Shown: in pieces, positions 1 through 13,337 of the stretch | Position numbering within the stretch: the stretch's first letter is position 1 | Layout: each line of letters begins with the position of its first letter | NCBI GenBank assembly: GCA_001687465.1 | Contig: LVLI01000573.1 | Coordinates: 1 to 38,742 of the forward strand | Length of the DNA: 38,742 bases | Direction of reading: 5' to 3' | DNA from: Halocafeteria seosinensis | Taxonomy: Eukaryota | Notes under the pieces: model-generated | Seen by the model: the letters and a program-made list of their open reading frames with translations, nothing else | What the model was told of the DNA's origin: nothing | The model's database searches: none | Program-made: the position numbers and the translations under genes

Positions 1-733
1 GGAGAAAGGAAGTCGTCAGCTTACGGCTGCCAAAGTTGATAATAAAGGATAGCAAGGAAACAGGACATGGAAATGAATATATGTTGCATTTGTCTGTTGT
101 ACGAACACAGCCCCACTGGGTGAGGAGACTCCTGGATTGTATACAAGTAAATTGTTTGGTCTCCGAGCACTCCAAATGAACATGGTACGTCCCCACCCAA
201 ACGGTGGATTTGAGGGAGCGCGAAGCGCTCACGAAAAGACACCGGAATTGAGCTGGACCGGATGTGTGTGGTGTAGTAACACATTGTCCACAAGAATCGT
301 TCAGGTACTTCCACAGATCCCACTGCAACGTGTCTGTAGTCGCGTAGCGTCACTGACCACACAGCACGTCTTACTCCGGTACCAGTAGAGTTCACATCAA
401 ACCCACTTCCCAAACAGATTTTCTAGCAACAAACTCTTCATCGGGACCCCCTTCACGCGCCCCCGCGGGAAGGTACGTTATATCCTATCCACATTCCAGA
501 CTTAAGGTTGAAGTTGTGCAGTACCAGAAAAGATTGTTCCCTTTGCCGAGATTTACATTGCAAACTCTTGTACTGCCTTGCGAGACAATGTACGCCATTG
601 ATGTATACCCATTGTCATCGCAGCAGTGTGGCGTGGTGATACGTATGGTATAGGAACAAGTATGCAGACGCTGGCAGTCGTGGAGGTATGGACAATGGGG
701 CTCTGAGGTGTTAAACACCAAGTCGTGTGTCAC
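1..733 (-). CDS. Possible 5' part of a spliced Cys-rich hypothetical gene running off the left edge
   Basis: Cys-rich ORF 485-733. A GTAAGA...TTGCAG intron-like segment (~322-373) is followed by a frame open to the window edge (WDLWKYLNDSCGQCVTT...WGCVRTTDKC). No family recognised. Confidence 0.25.
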
Positions 734-800
734 AGGAATTTGAGCGATACATCATTACACTCAGTATTTTCATTCTCTGTGGTCGACCAAAAACACAAAT

Positions 801-3800
801 ATGAGCCAGACCAACACGACAACCGCATCTAGCACGGCCGGAACCGTCGCAGAGACGCCTACGACAAATACTGCGGCGGGACGAGAGAGACGAACTGGGG
901 AGGCTATGCGTCCATCGGACGACGATGAAGCAGCAACGCAGGAGGATAGCCGTATTGACGTGCCTAGAGACCGAAATGATGAGGAGTTTGATCTCATTAC
1001 AAAGTACGTAGATGACGGGAGCAGCAGTTGATGTTCGACATTGCTGGATCTACGTTCACAGGTGGATCGAGGAAGCCGAACACGGATCAGAGCAGGTTAT
1101 GGTTGACCGGCTCCATAAGTGAGTCATTTCTGTTTCGTGCTTCCTAGCGACTGCAACTGATCGCCTCTTTGGTTCATTGCTGCAGTATTGCCTATAAACT
1201 GGAACTATTCTTCAACAATACCGAGATCACATCTGCATTGGCAGAGTACACGGACGATTCAGGTGCGTAACATAAGTGTGAGGTTATGTGTGGCACGAGA
1301 ACACTCAATTTGTTCATTGATTTCTTCAGAGCATTTAGTGACAGATCTTGTCGAACGAATCACCGGCATGGCCGACTTTGTTCCAATGGTATGTGGGCAG
1401 TAGAACGCGGACTAAAGTACTGTCAGCGGTATACTTACTAGTTCTCTTCTCTCCAGCTATGGGAAAGAGTTGTGGACGAAACATCTATCCAGCTTAAAAT
1501 AGCAGTTACACGTGTTCTCAATGCTCTCAGACAGAAACACTTCCGAGACTTTAGGCTACCTGTCTCAAAAGTACGGACGCTGTGTCGTTGGTTGCAGAAA
1601 TCAGAGCCGCCACTTCGCAGCTATGTGGCGGGAGTTTTGAGCTCTTTGCTTGCGCAGCGAAGCATGTCCACTGCCGTCTCACAGGAGCTTGCGCCTTTCC
1701 TAGTGAAACGATTACGTTGTGGAGTGCTCGAATGTAGTACGCTGGAGGAGAGCATTACTAAAATGGCTGCTGAGCAAAATGAGAATGATGAGCAAAGTTT
1801 GATTTCCGCGAAAGAGTCGTATGAGTCTACTTGCCCGGACTCTGCGCGCTTTTCTAATGATCATATACTACTAGAGGAGTTCGTTTCAACGTTGAATTGC
1901 TTGAGTCTTGGCATTGATTACAATGAAGTCCTCGTCTGCGCTATGGACGAAGGGCTGGTTCCGTTGCTCCTTCGCCTTATTCACAAATTTAAGAAATTCG
2001 AAATCGTTTACGATCGGAACGAAAACGATTATGCTCTTGATTTTCGTGCGGCACATCCACTGGACCCCTGGATTACATACTCAAGAGTAATATCGCTGGG
2101 AAAACTGGGTACAAAGCTGCCGGCAGAAGATGCTCCATGGGATAGTCGTTTCTTGCCGGAATGGATCGTCTCCGTATCATCGAGAGTATTGTCCGCTGTG
2201 TTACTGGTTCTAGCACGGGCGCTTTCCCAAAAGAAGCTAATTTCAAAATTTCTTTCAGATAATGGCGTCGGGGTATTGTTGGAGGTTGCTGACCCGCTTA
2301 TCCGTCTCCAGGCGCATTTCACACCCGCGGAGTCCATTAAGGACGAGATGACGCTGTCACGAGGTTACGACATCACTAACAACCGTGCAAACGCATGGTT
2401 ATTAGCTTACGGTGACTCTTTCTCGGTACTGCGGTTTCTTAGTCCCAAGCTTCTTCGAGATAGTGCGGCGGCAGAGTATTTGGCCTTGAGTTTTTACAAC
2501 CTTGGTATAAACGTTTCGACGATGGACCGAATTGCAAAGCTACCGAGGACAGTCCTAGACGATATCTTTATAATGGAAGGATCGCTGATGAAGAGCAGGT
2601 CTTCCTCTGTCCAGTATTACTGCTTCAGTTTCTTGCAAATGTGTTTTTCTTACTTCAAGCTGACACACGTCTTTGATACGCTTGGACTTTTCTCGGTCCT
2701 GACATTTGCAGCACTACCAACAATGCTTCCAGAAGAAATTAGAAGATACGATGTAGCCACGATGGGCGCAGATGAACAAGACAGAAATGAACGTCCAGCC
2801 ACATCGGAAGGAGATGGTGACTTTGAATACATGGCTTGGCGCAGTCGTTATGGTAGTAGCACTCACGCGTTAGTTACTTTACGGCAACACCTGCGTGCAC
2901 ATCTGGCTGTCGCGGCGGAATGGATTGGATCAGTGGTTACGGACCTCAATGAAGAAAAGCTCCACGGTTCTTCCGACGCAGCACGGTCTCCGATAAAGAA
3001 GGAGAGTCGAACGTCTAGCAGCGTACGTTCAAAGAAGAAAAAGAGCACTATATCCCATTTGGTTTCCAGAGCTGCTGGCAACGTGTCCACTCCTTGGAAA
3101 CATCGAAAATTATCAAAGAATGATATGCTTCCATACTTTGCTGTCCTTCTGCGCCACCAATCGCTGTTGTGGCGTCATTCCGCAATGTATTTGATTCGTG
3201 ATATGGGGAGAGATGCCGAGCAAGTGCCACCTATGTCAGCGACGGTTGTGGATATACAGGATAAGGAAGGCTACCATCCGATCCTGCTCTTTCCTCCTGC
3301 TTTACTGGTGATTCACAAGCGCGTTCCAGTGCTGATTTCCCTAGTCGAGAGTGCAATACGGAACGTATTCAGCAGAACAGCACACCCCGACGATTACTCG
3401 CGGCAGGCTATGACGACAATTGATATGTGTGCGTACTCGCTTGATATACTGAGCATCATGTGCATACTCCCTTCTGGCATAACGGAGCTGTGTAGCACCT
3501 CCTCGTCTTCAGGCTTGAGTGGTCCTGCAGTGGTTCTGCATCTTGCTTCAACGGCAATTCATCGAGATCCAGAAGTTTCGTTCACCGCTCTTCGGGTTTT
3601 ACTCGCCGCCTGTGGTGTATCACTTGGAGTCAACGGACAAAATGCTGCTCCCTATGGGTATGTGAACACAGAGAAAAATAGAGAACATAGTGACAAGCAT
3701 TCGAAAACTCTTCATCCTATGGCATCTGGACGTCATCTTCGACCTACGTTAGATCACCACTATCAGGTACACAGGGCTCATCGGGCCGCAAGAAGACTGG

Positions 3801-6769
3801 TCAGACGAGCACAAGGTGTCAAAGTGTGCTCTCAGTTGCTTCGCGCTAAACTATCACCCACTGTTGCCGATGAAGGAAGAATGTTGGTTACGCGTCTATT
3901 GATTGCTGTATCGCTTGAGCCGCAAGTGCCAAGCCTGTTGGTGCAACTTCAGATTCCGAATCTTCTTGCATCGATATTGCGCAATGGGCCTCAAACTACC
4001 GCCTTAGGAAAATTTGTCAGCTCAAAGTACGAAGCCTTGACTCGGTCAGTTGACCCAAATGAACTTCTGTCGTTGGCCGGAGAAGGAAGCTCTTTATTGT
4101 GTGGCGAGGAGGATGTTCACTTGACAATGCGTTTTAATTGTTGCACGTATAACCCGGTAGAATACCTGAACCCCGGGGACGGTCGGTACCTGGTAGAACC
4201 TGACGTTAAAGGGATTAATGAGACTAATGGAGCCCGTTTTCCGAATCAGGTAGTAGTGCCTGCTCATGTAGCTCATTGGTGTGATTTTAGGATATCCGCC
4301 ATGGCACTCATTGCTTTTGTCACCGAAGCTGTTTCAGTGGTAGGTGGCCTACAGAGCAATTCTGCGGAAGCTCCCAACTTTTCCACACATCTCCCTGAAA
4401 ATCACCCAGATAGTCAAACTTTGAGGAACAAGCGTTTGTGCACTCCAAGTTCCTCTCTGGTTCACTTGCTACAGTCCCCGGCCTTGCGGCAGTGGATGGA
4501 TTTAGAGACCACTGAAATATGCACCAGATACCTGGAAAAGGAAAGCATCGTTCGAAGTGGGAATATTCAGTACGATCACAGTGAGATGCTGCATCTCATC
4601 AAAGAGTACCTCAGTTGTTCTGGTTTCGGCGAAAGTGCACGCACTTTGGATAAGGAGATGTCCCGAGAAACCGATAGCAAGCAGAAGGGGGGCCGAAGCA
4701 AAGCTTTGTCTCCTCACAAGAAGAAGAAGGTGTTCAAGCCCTCTGCGAACAAGGCTTTAGGTCCCATACAACAACTGGAAACAACGCGGAATGTCCGTAG
4801 CTCGAAGAACGGGGAAGGATCTACAGCTGAGGTGTCCCAACGCTCCGCAGCCAAAGGAAAACGAGGTCGCTCTCAATCATCTAGTCGATTTTCTCGGTCC
4901 AAGATAGCAAAGACCGATCTGCATCAGCTAGCTTGCTCGTTTCTGCGAAACAAAGTAAGGAATTCCGAGGAGACTGTGGCCACTCTTCCAACGTTTTCTT
5001 TGAGCGGAGTGGTGAGACAATCGACATCGCATTCAACGAAAAGTGGTGCTTCTTTCAACGGTACCCACTCACACACCCGCCAGTTGAAACCTCCAAACAA
5101 CATAATTGATAGAGTTCGCCATAGAGAAGTAACGGATTTGTCTAAGTCGACGCGTTTCGGCCTTCCAGGGACTTTCCAGCTCTCTCAAAAGACTTACTTC
5201 TCTCGCTACCGCTCGGGAAGGGTACTGCAAGACCAGGCTCTGATATCGTCTTGTACATTTTCTCCGTATGTTCCTCACCTGTCAATGTGGAAAACAGATT
5301 CTGACAGCTTCTTCTACAAGAGACTCTTGACTACTGGGTCGGTGGATGGTGATATTGACTTTCATTTCATTGGTCACAACAGTAGCGGCAGCAGCGGCCC
5401 GAGATATGGTGCTGGGGGTGGTACGCGCACGGTCTGTATCACCGCACACCAGAGTGATATCGTATCGGTGAAGTACTTTCACCCATGTGTTAGCAACCCG
5501 AATTCCTTTGTTTCGCGATTCTCTTCGTTGGACGGCACAGGGACACTAAAACTATGGAAAGCTGATCAACTCTATGATACCGCAGAGAAGCTTACTCTGG
5601 AGCTGCCAGAAGACAGCCATACGGAAGATCGTTACGTTGATGAATCACAAGTTGCCGATGCGCTCTTGGGGACGCATACGCACGTGCACCAAATGAGTTG
5701 GTGCAACCGAGAAGCAAACTTGATGCTCTGCAACGTGCGTGCACCTGAAGTCCAATTGTTGGACACTGTGACGAATCAGGTTGTACGCAGTTACACAATT
5801 AGCACCTCGAGTACTGAGCGGGATCTGCACTGTCAGTGGGCGTGCTCGTCTCCCGACGACCAACTTCTTATGTGCGATTCCAGTCTAATACCTGATTGTG
5901 GTTCAGCAGTGCTTTGGGATCTGCGGATGAAGAACCCTGTTCATCATTTTGATAGATTATCTCCACAAACTGGGGGAATGGGGTTGTTTCATCCTCGCGG
6001 CAACGATGTGATCATTCAAAACGCTGTGTGGGATCTACGTGCCTTACGTGTTAACAAGGTGATTCATGGACTGGATGGAGGAGCGAATTTCTTTTTCAGC
6101 AATGCTGGAGATGCAATTTTCGCCTACAATGACATGAGGTCTTACTCTAATCGGCTGCCTATAGGCTTTGATCGAACTATCCGCGTGATCGACGGTAATG
6201 ACTATTCAGAGCTGGGTCCTATACACTGCGATAAGCCTATTCATGATGTCAGCATTGATCCAGCCGATGATATGCTGTGTTACATTGCTGACGATGGGCA
6301 TCCTACGGCTCATTTGCTACAAATTGGTCGATCCAAGCCGGTAGACGATGAATCTGAGGGCAACGACGAAGCACTGGATAGCGATGACTCCAGTTACGGT
6401 GATGATGATGGAGATGACGGCGGAATATTCGGTGAGGATGGCGCTGCTCCTTTTTTCGATGATACGGCTTGGAGACGCTTAGACGCTGGTAACGGTGCAG
6501 GGGGAAATGACGAATACTACGAGTGGGAAGAAGCGGATAGTATGCCCTCCTACGGTTTCGATTTTGACGACGAAGACGATGAGTCCCTCGTCGAATCAGA
6601 TGGATATAGAACTGCCGAAGACATGCCTGTTCTGGACCTTGAGTTTCCCGCAGACTATAGAGGGCTGACTCCCCTGATGGACATCGTCGGCTTTCCCCGG
6701 GCTGGCCGAAGAGGGAGGGATGATGATGAAGATGACGAAATTGATGCAGATTCTTCCAATGATTCATGA
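801..6769 (+). CDS. DCAF1: DCAF1/VprBP homolog, CRL4 substrate receptor (ARM-like region, LisH, WD40, acidic tail); four short 5' introns then one long exon
   Basis: LisH-like YDHSEMLHLIKEYLSCSGFGESARTLDKE, FSRYR box, WD40 LWDLRMKNPVHHFDRL...FHPRGNDVIIQNAVWDLR and a D/E-rich C-terminus. GT-AG introns join the ATG at 801 in frame to the 1765-aa ORF (LITK|WIEE...HN|IAYK...DSE|HLVT...VPM|LWERVVDE). Confidence 0.9.
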
Positions 6770-6807
6770 GGGTGAGCACCACTGAAAACTGAAACGAAAT
6801 CCTTCCC

Positions 6808-8003
<1,196 letters not shown>

Positions 8004-8171
8004 TCAGTTTGTGAAGCTCAAGACCATGGTGCCTCCACAGTGTCCACACTGTCGGACTGTGACTGTCCACAGTCGTGGCTATAGTATTGTTGGTGTGGCA
8101 TCAACCCAATCGATGTGTCAGGCTGTCCTCGCTCAGAGAGTGGCTGATCTGTCGGTCGTGGTTGAAAGAAA

Positions 8172-9579
8172 ATGGGTGCGCAAGGGTCTAAACCCTCCTT
8201 GCCGATGGAGGAGGAGGAGCAGTCCTCTCAGAAAGACAGTGCCAACAATAACACCAGTCGTGGTAATGCTAATGTGTCTGGTTCTGATGGCGCGACTAAG
8301 GATAATGGTGGTGGCGCTTCCACTGGCGGCAGTAGGAAGAAGAAAGCAGCAGGTTCTGAAGAGGATTTTCCACCCCTCGTCTACTACTTCTACGCAACCC
8401 TGCAGATGTATATTCCCATTGAAGATGTACGTTCATGCCCGTTTCCGAACTTCATGATCCCCGACAGTGAAGGATGGTGCCCTTCATCTGGTGCAGGTAC
8501 GGATTGTCGTGGGTAAAGCAAGACAAACATTAACACAGTTGGAAGAGGACCTTAAAGTTAAAATCGATGTACCAGTACGTTTGTCTTCTCTCTCACAAGA
8601 GAAGGGGAACGGGAACCCCACCCAATGTGTGTTTTAATTGACATCGAAATGTGCAGAAGAATCGTGATCCCGATACAGAGGGAGGGTCTTACTGGGCCCC
8701 TGTAGTCATTCGCGGCGAGTGCCGCAGCTTATGGGACTGCTACCAAAGGATTAGCCTTTTGGTAGATGGTACGTGGTTGTGCTAACGAAACAGGACTTTT
8801 TTTTTATCCATCATCATCGAGGCATTGTATATTTTCTTGTGGTACTGTTTCCAGATGTGGATGATGTGGTGCTATCGTTTCCAGTTATGAAAGAACGCCA
8901 CCCATCATTGATCGGGAAAAATGCCAATACGATGAAAACTATCGGAGCAGATAGTGGAGCGCGCATACATGTTCCTCCAGAGACTGAGAAAGAAGATCGC
9001 ACAATCACCGTGAGTTAACTTACACTGCAGCAATATTCCTTCTCCAAAGAAGAAAGCTGCTCACAACGTATACTTGCAATGGTCTTGCAGCTGGAAGGGG
9101 AAATGGACCAGGTGGCACACGCCTTTGAAATGTTCGCCAATGAGGTCGTCAAAGCAGCTACTACAAAGAGCACCTCCGTGATCTCCAGCAGTGACGCACA
9201 CAATGTCGTTGGGAAAGGTCTCTCACGAGTCAGGCAAATAGAACGGGAAACAGGGACTCACATAACGGTGCGATTTCCGGACCGAACCGAGACAAAGAAA
9301 GACAATAAGTCGAAGCAAACGACATTTACCATCACTGGAGGAGACGACCATGTACGATTTGCTCGTTTGGCCATCGAAGACCTCTTACAATCAAATAGAA
9401 CATCAGCAAAGGCTATAGCTCATGCTCAAGCAGAGATGCGAGCCAAATCCCTTCCCGTCATCATGAAGGAGAAAGACGCCTATTGGCTTACTCCAGCGTA
9501 TGTGAATCAGCAACAAGTTTGGCTTCAGGAGAAGCAACAGCGAACGCGGAAGGAGGATGGTGCGGACAAGAGTGGCTGA
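8172..9579 (+). CDS. Triple KH-domain protein with N-terminal MG myristoylation-like motif, 5 exons
   Basis: Spliced product contains VRIVVGKARQTLTQLEEDLKVKIDVP, SLIGKNANTMKTIGADSGARIHVP and NVVGKGLSRVRQIERETGTHITV (type I KH pattern). N-terminus is MGAQGSK. Confidence 0.8.
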
Positions 9580-9796
9580 GCCCAAGAATTCTGACCTGGC
9601 ATCAACAAAGCTGAGGAAAGAAAAAGATGTGTCGAAATGGGAGTGAGAATAGATAAAAGAATGGGAAAATAAAACTATTTTCGCAAGATTAGGTAGTGAA
9701 CAGGCATCTAGCGTTGGGGAACGTAAGACATTGAAGACGGAAATGAACCCACTCAATTGCGTTAGCCATCTACTGCAGATAGTACCATTAGAAGTT

Positions 9797-10486
9797 TTAC
9801 CGAAAACTCTCCATGCGATCGAGTGGGCTTCGACGATCCCCGCTGCGTGCTGAGGCTTGACGCTGTGGCTGTAGATGTCGGCCACTTGCTCCGCGTGGAT
9901 TCTGGCGTCTGCCTGATAATTTCTGCTCATGTTGACTTTCTTCGGCAGCCCCTCCACTACTGCTTTGGTATCGTGTTGTGGGATGTCCTCTGTACGCATT
10001 TTTGTTCACAAGGGACTTCCTTCCCGTATTATAGAAGGTATCGGCTGTATGCGGAGACGCGGAGGGCATTCGCGTTGTCAAAGCGGAATTCTTCGGTCTC
10101 TGCTGTTTACTCTTGTAAAACGCTGTATTGGTCATGAAAATCTCAGGCTGGTCTCCACTGCGGTTTTCAGTATCTACAGGGACTGTCTCTTGGACGAAGC
10201 CACGTTTACTGCCTTGACGTGCTGGTCCCCGTGGGGTTTGCTGCGAGGAAGCAGGCTTGCTTCGACCTGTGATCCTGTCCATAAGACTTGGTGTACCACT
10301 TGTACCCTTTCCCCCGTCAGGGGTGAACTCTTGGTGTTTTACAGGATTCCCTCCAAATTGAGATCGCGCGATAGCTTCGCTCTGTTTCCAGAATCTTCTT
10401 CTATCATATTCACAGTATAGCAGAAGGACCACCACAACAACCGCCGCGGCGATGACGATGGCAAGAGCATACGTAGACAGAGCCAT
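9797..10486 (-). CDS. Hypothetical single-pass membrane protein (N-terminal signal anchor, disordered tail)
   Basis: 229-aa ATG ORF with hydrophobic YALAIVIAAAVVVVVLLLY followed by basic RRRFWK; the remainder is low complexity. Confidence 0.6.
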   Translation of the reverse strand: MALSTYALAIVIAAAVVVVVLLLYCEYDRRRFWKQSEAIARSQFGGNPVKHQEFTPDGGKGTSGTPSLMDRITGRSKPASSQQTPRGPARQGSKRGFVQETVPVDTENRSGDQPEIFMTNTAFYKSKQQRPKNSALTTRMPSASPHTADTFYNTGRKSLVNKNAYRGHPTTRYQSSSGGAAEESQHEQKLSGRRQNPRGASGRHLQPQRQASARSGDRRSPLDRMESFR

Positions 10487-11520
10487 GTTTTCCTCGTTCC
10501 GGTCCTTTGCTGAAACTTTTCACGGTTCTCACCCCACGTGAGTGCACTCGCAACTAAATACACGCTCCTTTCGCTGGTAGAAGTTGCTGTCAACAGACGT
10601 CGGGGAACTGGTACGTTAACTAGGGGAGTTCCAAGCCAACTATGGGGAATGCAGCGCCTTCCAATTCAGATGAGCGCACCCACATTGACGTATGCATACG
10701 CAGCTCTAATGATCCAACGTATGTTTATCGAATGACTACGAAATATGGACCCATGTTGGCTTTGCGTCTTAGTACCTATTGTCCCACAGTTCCTGTGTGG
10801 TGTCGTGTCGTTGCGACAGATTATTCACTCTAATGCTTTGAACTGGCAGAATTGACAACGCAGAACGCTCTTCAATGCTTTGATATGCTCAATTCTACTA
10901 CGTCCCAGAGGGGAATTTTTGCGCTTCGGCACGGTTGAATCGAATACTTCGGGGGGGAAATGCTGTTGAAGCTCCCCGGGAGATTGGGTCGCAGGATCAC
11001 AGCAACAACATGGGCCATGGCTGCAACACACACTTAAGGCACACGCGTACGTATATTGTTGGCCCTGAACGATCCTGTAGGATGCTATGATACTCATGAG
11101 CATCTCGGTTTTAACATTGAGCTCGTTTCAGTGTATAAGATGATTGCACTTTCCAGCAACGATGGCAACTTGCTTTTCATGTACGTACAAGCAGGAAGAT
11201 GAAAAATGCGGGACGAACCCCGTAGAACAGGATGTATAAGCCATCGTACTATACTCGCGGGATTGCAAGTGCATATGCGAAAGCTCTTCAGAGGAGATAG
11301 TGGGGGACTGGCCAATACACCCACAGGTCAATTGCCATCGTCTAGCTGCATGATCAATGATCAAACCTCAAACGACGCAGAACGTAAGACCAGTGGAAAG
11401 CTCTCAATCCGACACGTGCGGTCTTGTTATAGCGTCTAAGAGTCTTCGCTGTATTCGTTACAACCTTCAGGTGGGTATTGGTATTGCTCCTACCGGAAGA
11501 CGTGTCTGCTACAGGCTACG

Positions 11521-12715
11521 CTACGCCGTATGAGGGGTGAACCCTACCCGGAATCGGTCCAACATCTTCACGTTGTGGCGCATCAAAGTGACGAACAGTT
11601 TGGCCGTCATCAGCTTGCGGAAGTTCCGCATCTCCCTTGTTCCCCAGCGGGAGCCAGGTGCTTTCCTGGTAATTGTCTTGAGGAACTTGATTGCGTCTTC
11701 CCCGAAGCCGCCCGTCGTCTCTATCGCGAACGCGAACGGGATAATTTCCGTGTGGTGATGCCTCAGGTACCCGTATTTTGTCCGCTTCATCCTCCCCGCT
11801 TCTGCCGCGATGGTGAGGGGTCTTCCCGGTGTCCTGGCTAGTCTGTCTCCCGTGAGCGGGTCTGGCACTGTCACATCGACGTACAGTGTGCTCGTTGGGC
11901 CCTTTGCTACCAGGCCCATTACTGGACTCGCCTCTCCTTCGTTTTGCGGGTCATCTCTCTCTCCACTGGCATTCGACTCATGCGGATGTAGTTCTTCAGT
12001 TCCACTGCTATCCCGTCATGACGGCGGATCCTTCCCATGTTTGCCGCACTGCAGTGCGTGGTGAAGCAGCTCGTTGATCGGTCCTTCTCCACAGCATTCA
12101 CCGGATGGCCCCGTAAACAGGTTAGTCTGAGCGTAGGCGTAGTGCTGCCATGTAATCGGCGTCGGTTGGTGTAAATCCTTTCCTTGGTGCTGCGTATAGC
12201 CATGCTGCTGCTCCGTCCGCTTGGTATGCTGTCAGAAACGCTTTCTGCTGTGGGCTCAGCGTCCCTTTCAGAGCCCATGTAGCTACTCTCTGCAACACCT
12301 TGCCCAGGGGTTTTTGCAGCTTCGGTTTGTTCCAGTAGCCTTCGTAGTTCGCATCCGGGAGTCGTTAGAGTCTGATCGTTTCCTGTACCGCGTTCTGACT
12401 CTCCGCGAGCCATGGTGGCGGCTTCTTGTGATATTGCGCGAGGGGGTCCTGCTCGTCTCCAGGCACCTGTTGGATCGTTTTTGACGCGTCGATCGCTCCG
12501 GCGGTATGCGATGCTTCTGCTGCGTGGTCTTGGATGAGTATCCCCTATCCTCCTGCCTTCGAGGGCAGCTTGGCTCGTTTAACGGTGTGGGCGGGGAGCT
12601 CATCTTGCCACTTCAGCGCTTTGTGCACCATGACGGCCATATCCTGGTTGAACTCTTGCAGAGGCCTTTTGTTAACCTATGGGTTGAGGGTGCGAAACCA
12701 GTAGTTGAGTTGGTC
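11521..12715 (-). mobile_element. Degenerate, 5'-truncated non-LTR retrotransposon of the RLE-encoding CRE-like clade (thumb, CCHC zinc knuckle, restriction-like endonuclease)
   Basis: Hand translation gives QLNYWFRTLNP*...KLPSKAGG*GI...QADGAAAWLYAAP...DYMAALRLRSD*P, then after frameshifts ECCGEGPINELLHHALQCGKHG, RIRRHDGIAVEL and LYVDVTV...AEAGRMKRTKY...FAIETTGGFG. These match the LP..GGLG, GAWL.A.P, ALRLRLG, CCHC, RHD and RLE motifs of CRE/SLACS-type elements. No RT core (YxDD) is present. Confidence 0.88.
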
Positions 12716-12983
12716 AACAGTCTCACCTTGCGAACAGTGGGCATCGTTGCAAAGTATCCGCATTCTGCCAATGCTCGCACCAAGGCCACGTCCACGATAT
12801 GTTCCATGTTTTCCTTCTGTGAGCGAAAACAAACGAAATGCGGTAGAGAATCCACATTACTCCATGGATACATGCATCCCTCACGGCGCATATCAGCAAG
12901 GCTGCAGGAACAGCGGGCCCGTCGCTGCTTAACACGGGCGCATACCGCTCCTCGTTACGAGAATGCGGTCACCCCCCCCCCCC

Positions 12984-12992
12984 AAAAAAAAA
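12984..12992 (-). terminator. RNA polymerase III terminator (T9) of the tRNA-Ser gene
   Basis: A9 on the + strand, i.e. T9 15 nt downstream of the tRNA 3' end. Confidence 0.8.
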
Positions 12993-13007
12993 GAACCTGA
13001 CTGTGTA

Positions 13008-13089
13008 CGTCAGCGGCAGGATTCGAACCTGCGCGGGCAAAGCCCAAGCGATTTCTAATCGCTCCCCTTAACCTCTCGGGCACGCTGAC
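13008..13089 (-). tRNA. tRNA-Ser, anticodon AGA, intronless, long variable arm
   Basis: Reverse complement folds as acceptor GTCAGCG/CGCTGAC plus discriminator G, anticodon arm AGCGA-TTAGAAA-TCGCT, variable arm GGGC-TTT-GCCC and T arm GCAGG-TTCGAAT-CCTGC; 82 nt. Confidence 0.97.
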
Positions 13090-13241
13090 ACTCTAATGTT
13101 GGGAAGCTTCTTTTAGTATCTATAGATGGGGAGACAAGTGCGTCCAACACGTAGTTATCCCCCAATGTCTGTGTTGTACATTGTACAAAATACGATGTCC
13201 GTCTAATAGACGGCGTCTATACAGAATACGACTTCAACTTC

Positions 13242-13337
13242 AACAAAAGTAGGTGGTACAACCAGAGTCTTACATACATCGACGTGTATAACAAAAGCAG
13301 GTGGTACAACCAGAGTCTTACATACATCGACGTGTAT
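13242..13337. repeat. Tandem duplication, 2 x 48 bp, one mismatch
   Basis: AACAAAAG(T/C)AGGTGGTACAACCAGAGTCTTACATACATCGACGTGTAT at 13242-13289 and 13290-13337. Confidence 0.95.

Noticed and set aside
11521..11919. Domesticated stand-alone endonuclease (open 132-aa ORF)
   Set aside because: The ATG lies where the catalytic PD motif should be, and the upstream zinc knuckle and RHD motif are frameshifted.
12110..12715. Stop-codon reassignment suggested by a long frame with in-frame TAG/TAA
   Set aside because: Intact genes here end in TAA, TAG and TGA and have no internal stops. One TAG sits where Leu is expected (GGLG), and frameshifts accompany the stops, so this is decay.
11521..13089. SINE-like chimera (tRNA head plus LINE tail)
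   Set aside because: The tRNA is perfect and has its own T9 terminator before the retro sequence, and the tail is over 1 kb of coding relic.
13242..13337. CRISPR-like array
   Set aside because: Only two adjacent copies, no spacers, no cas genes, eukaryotic context.
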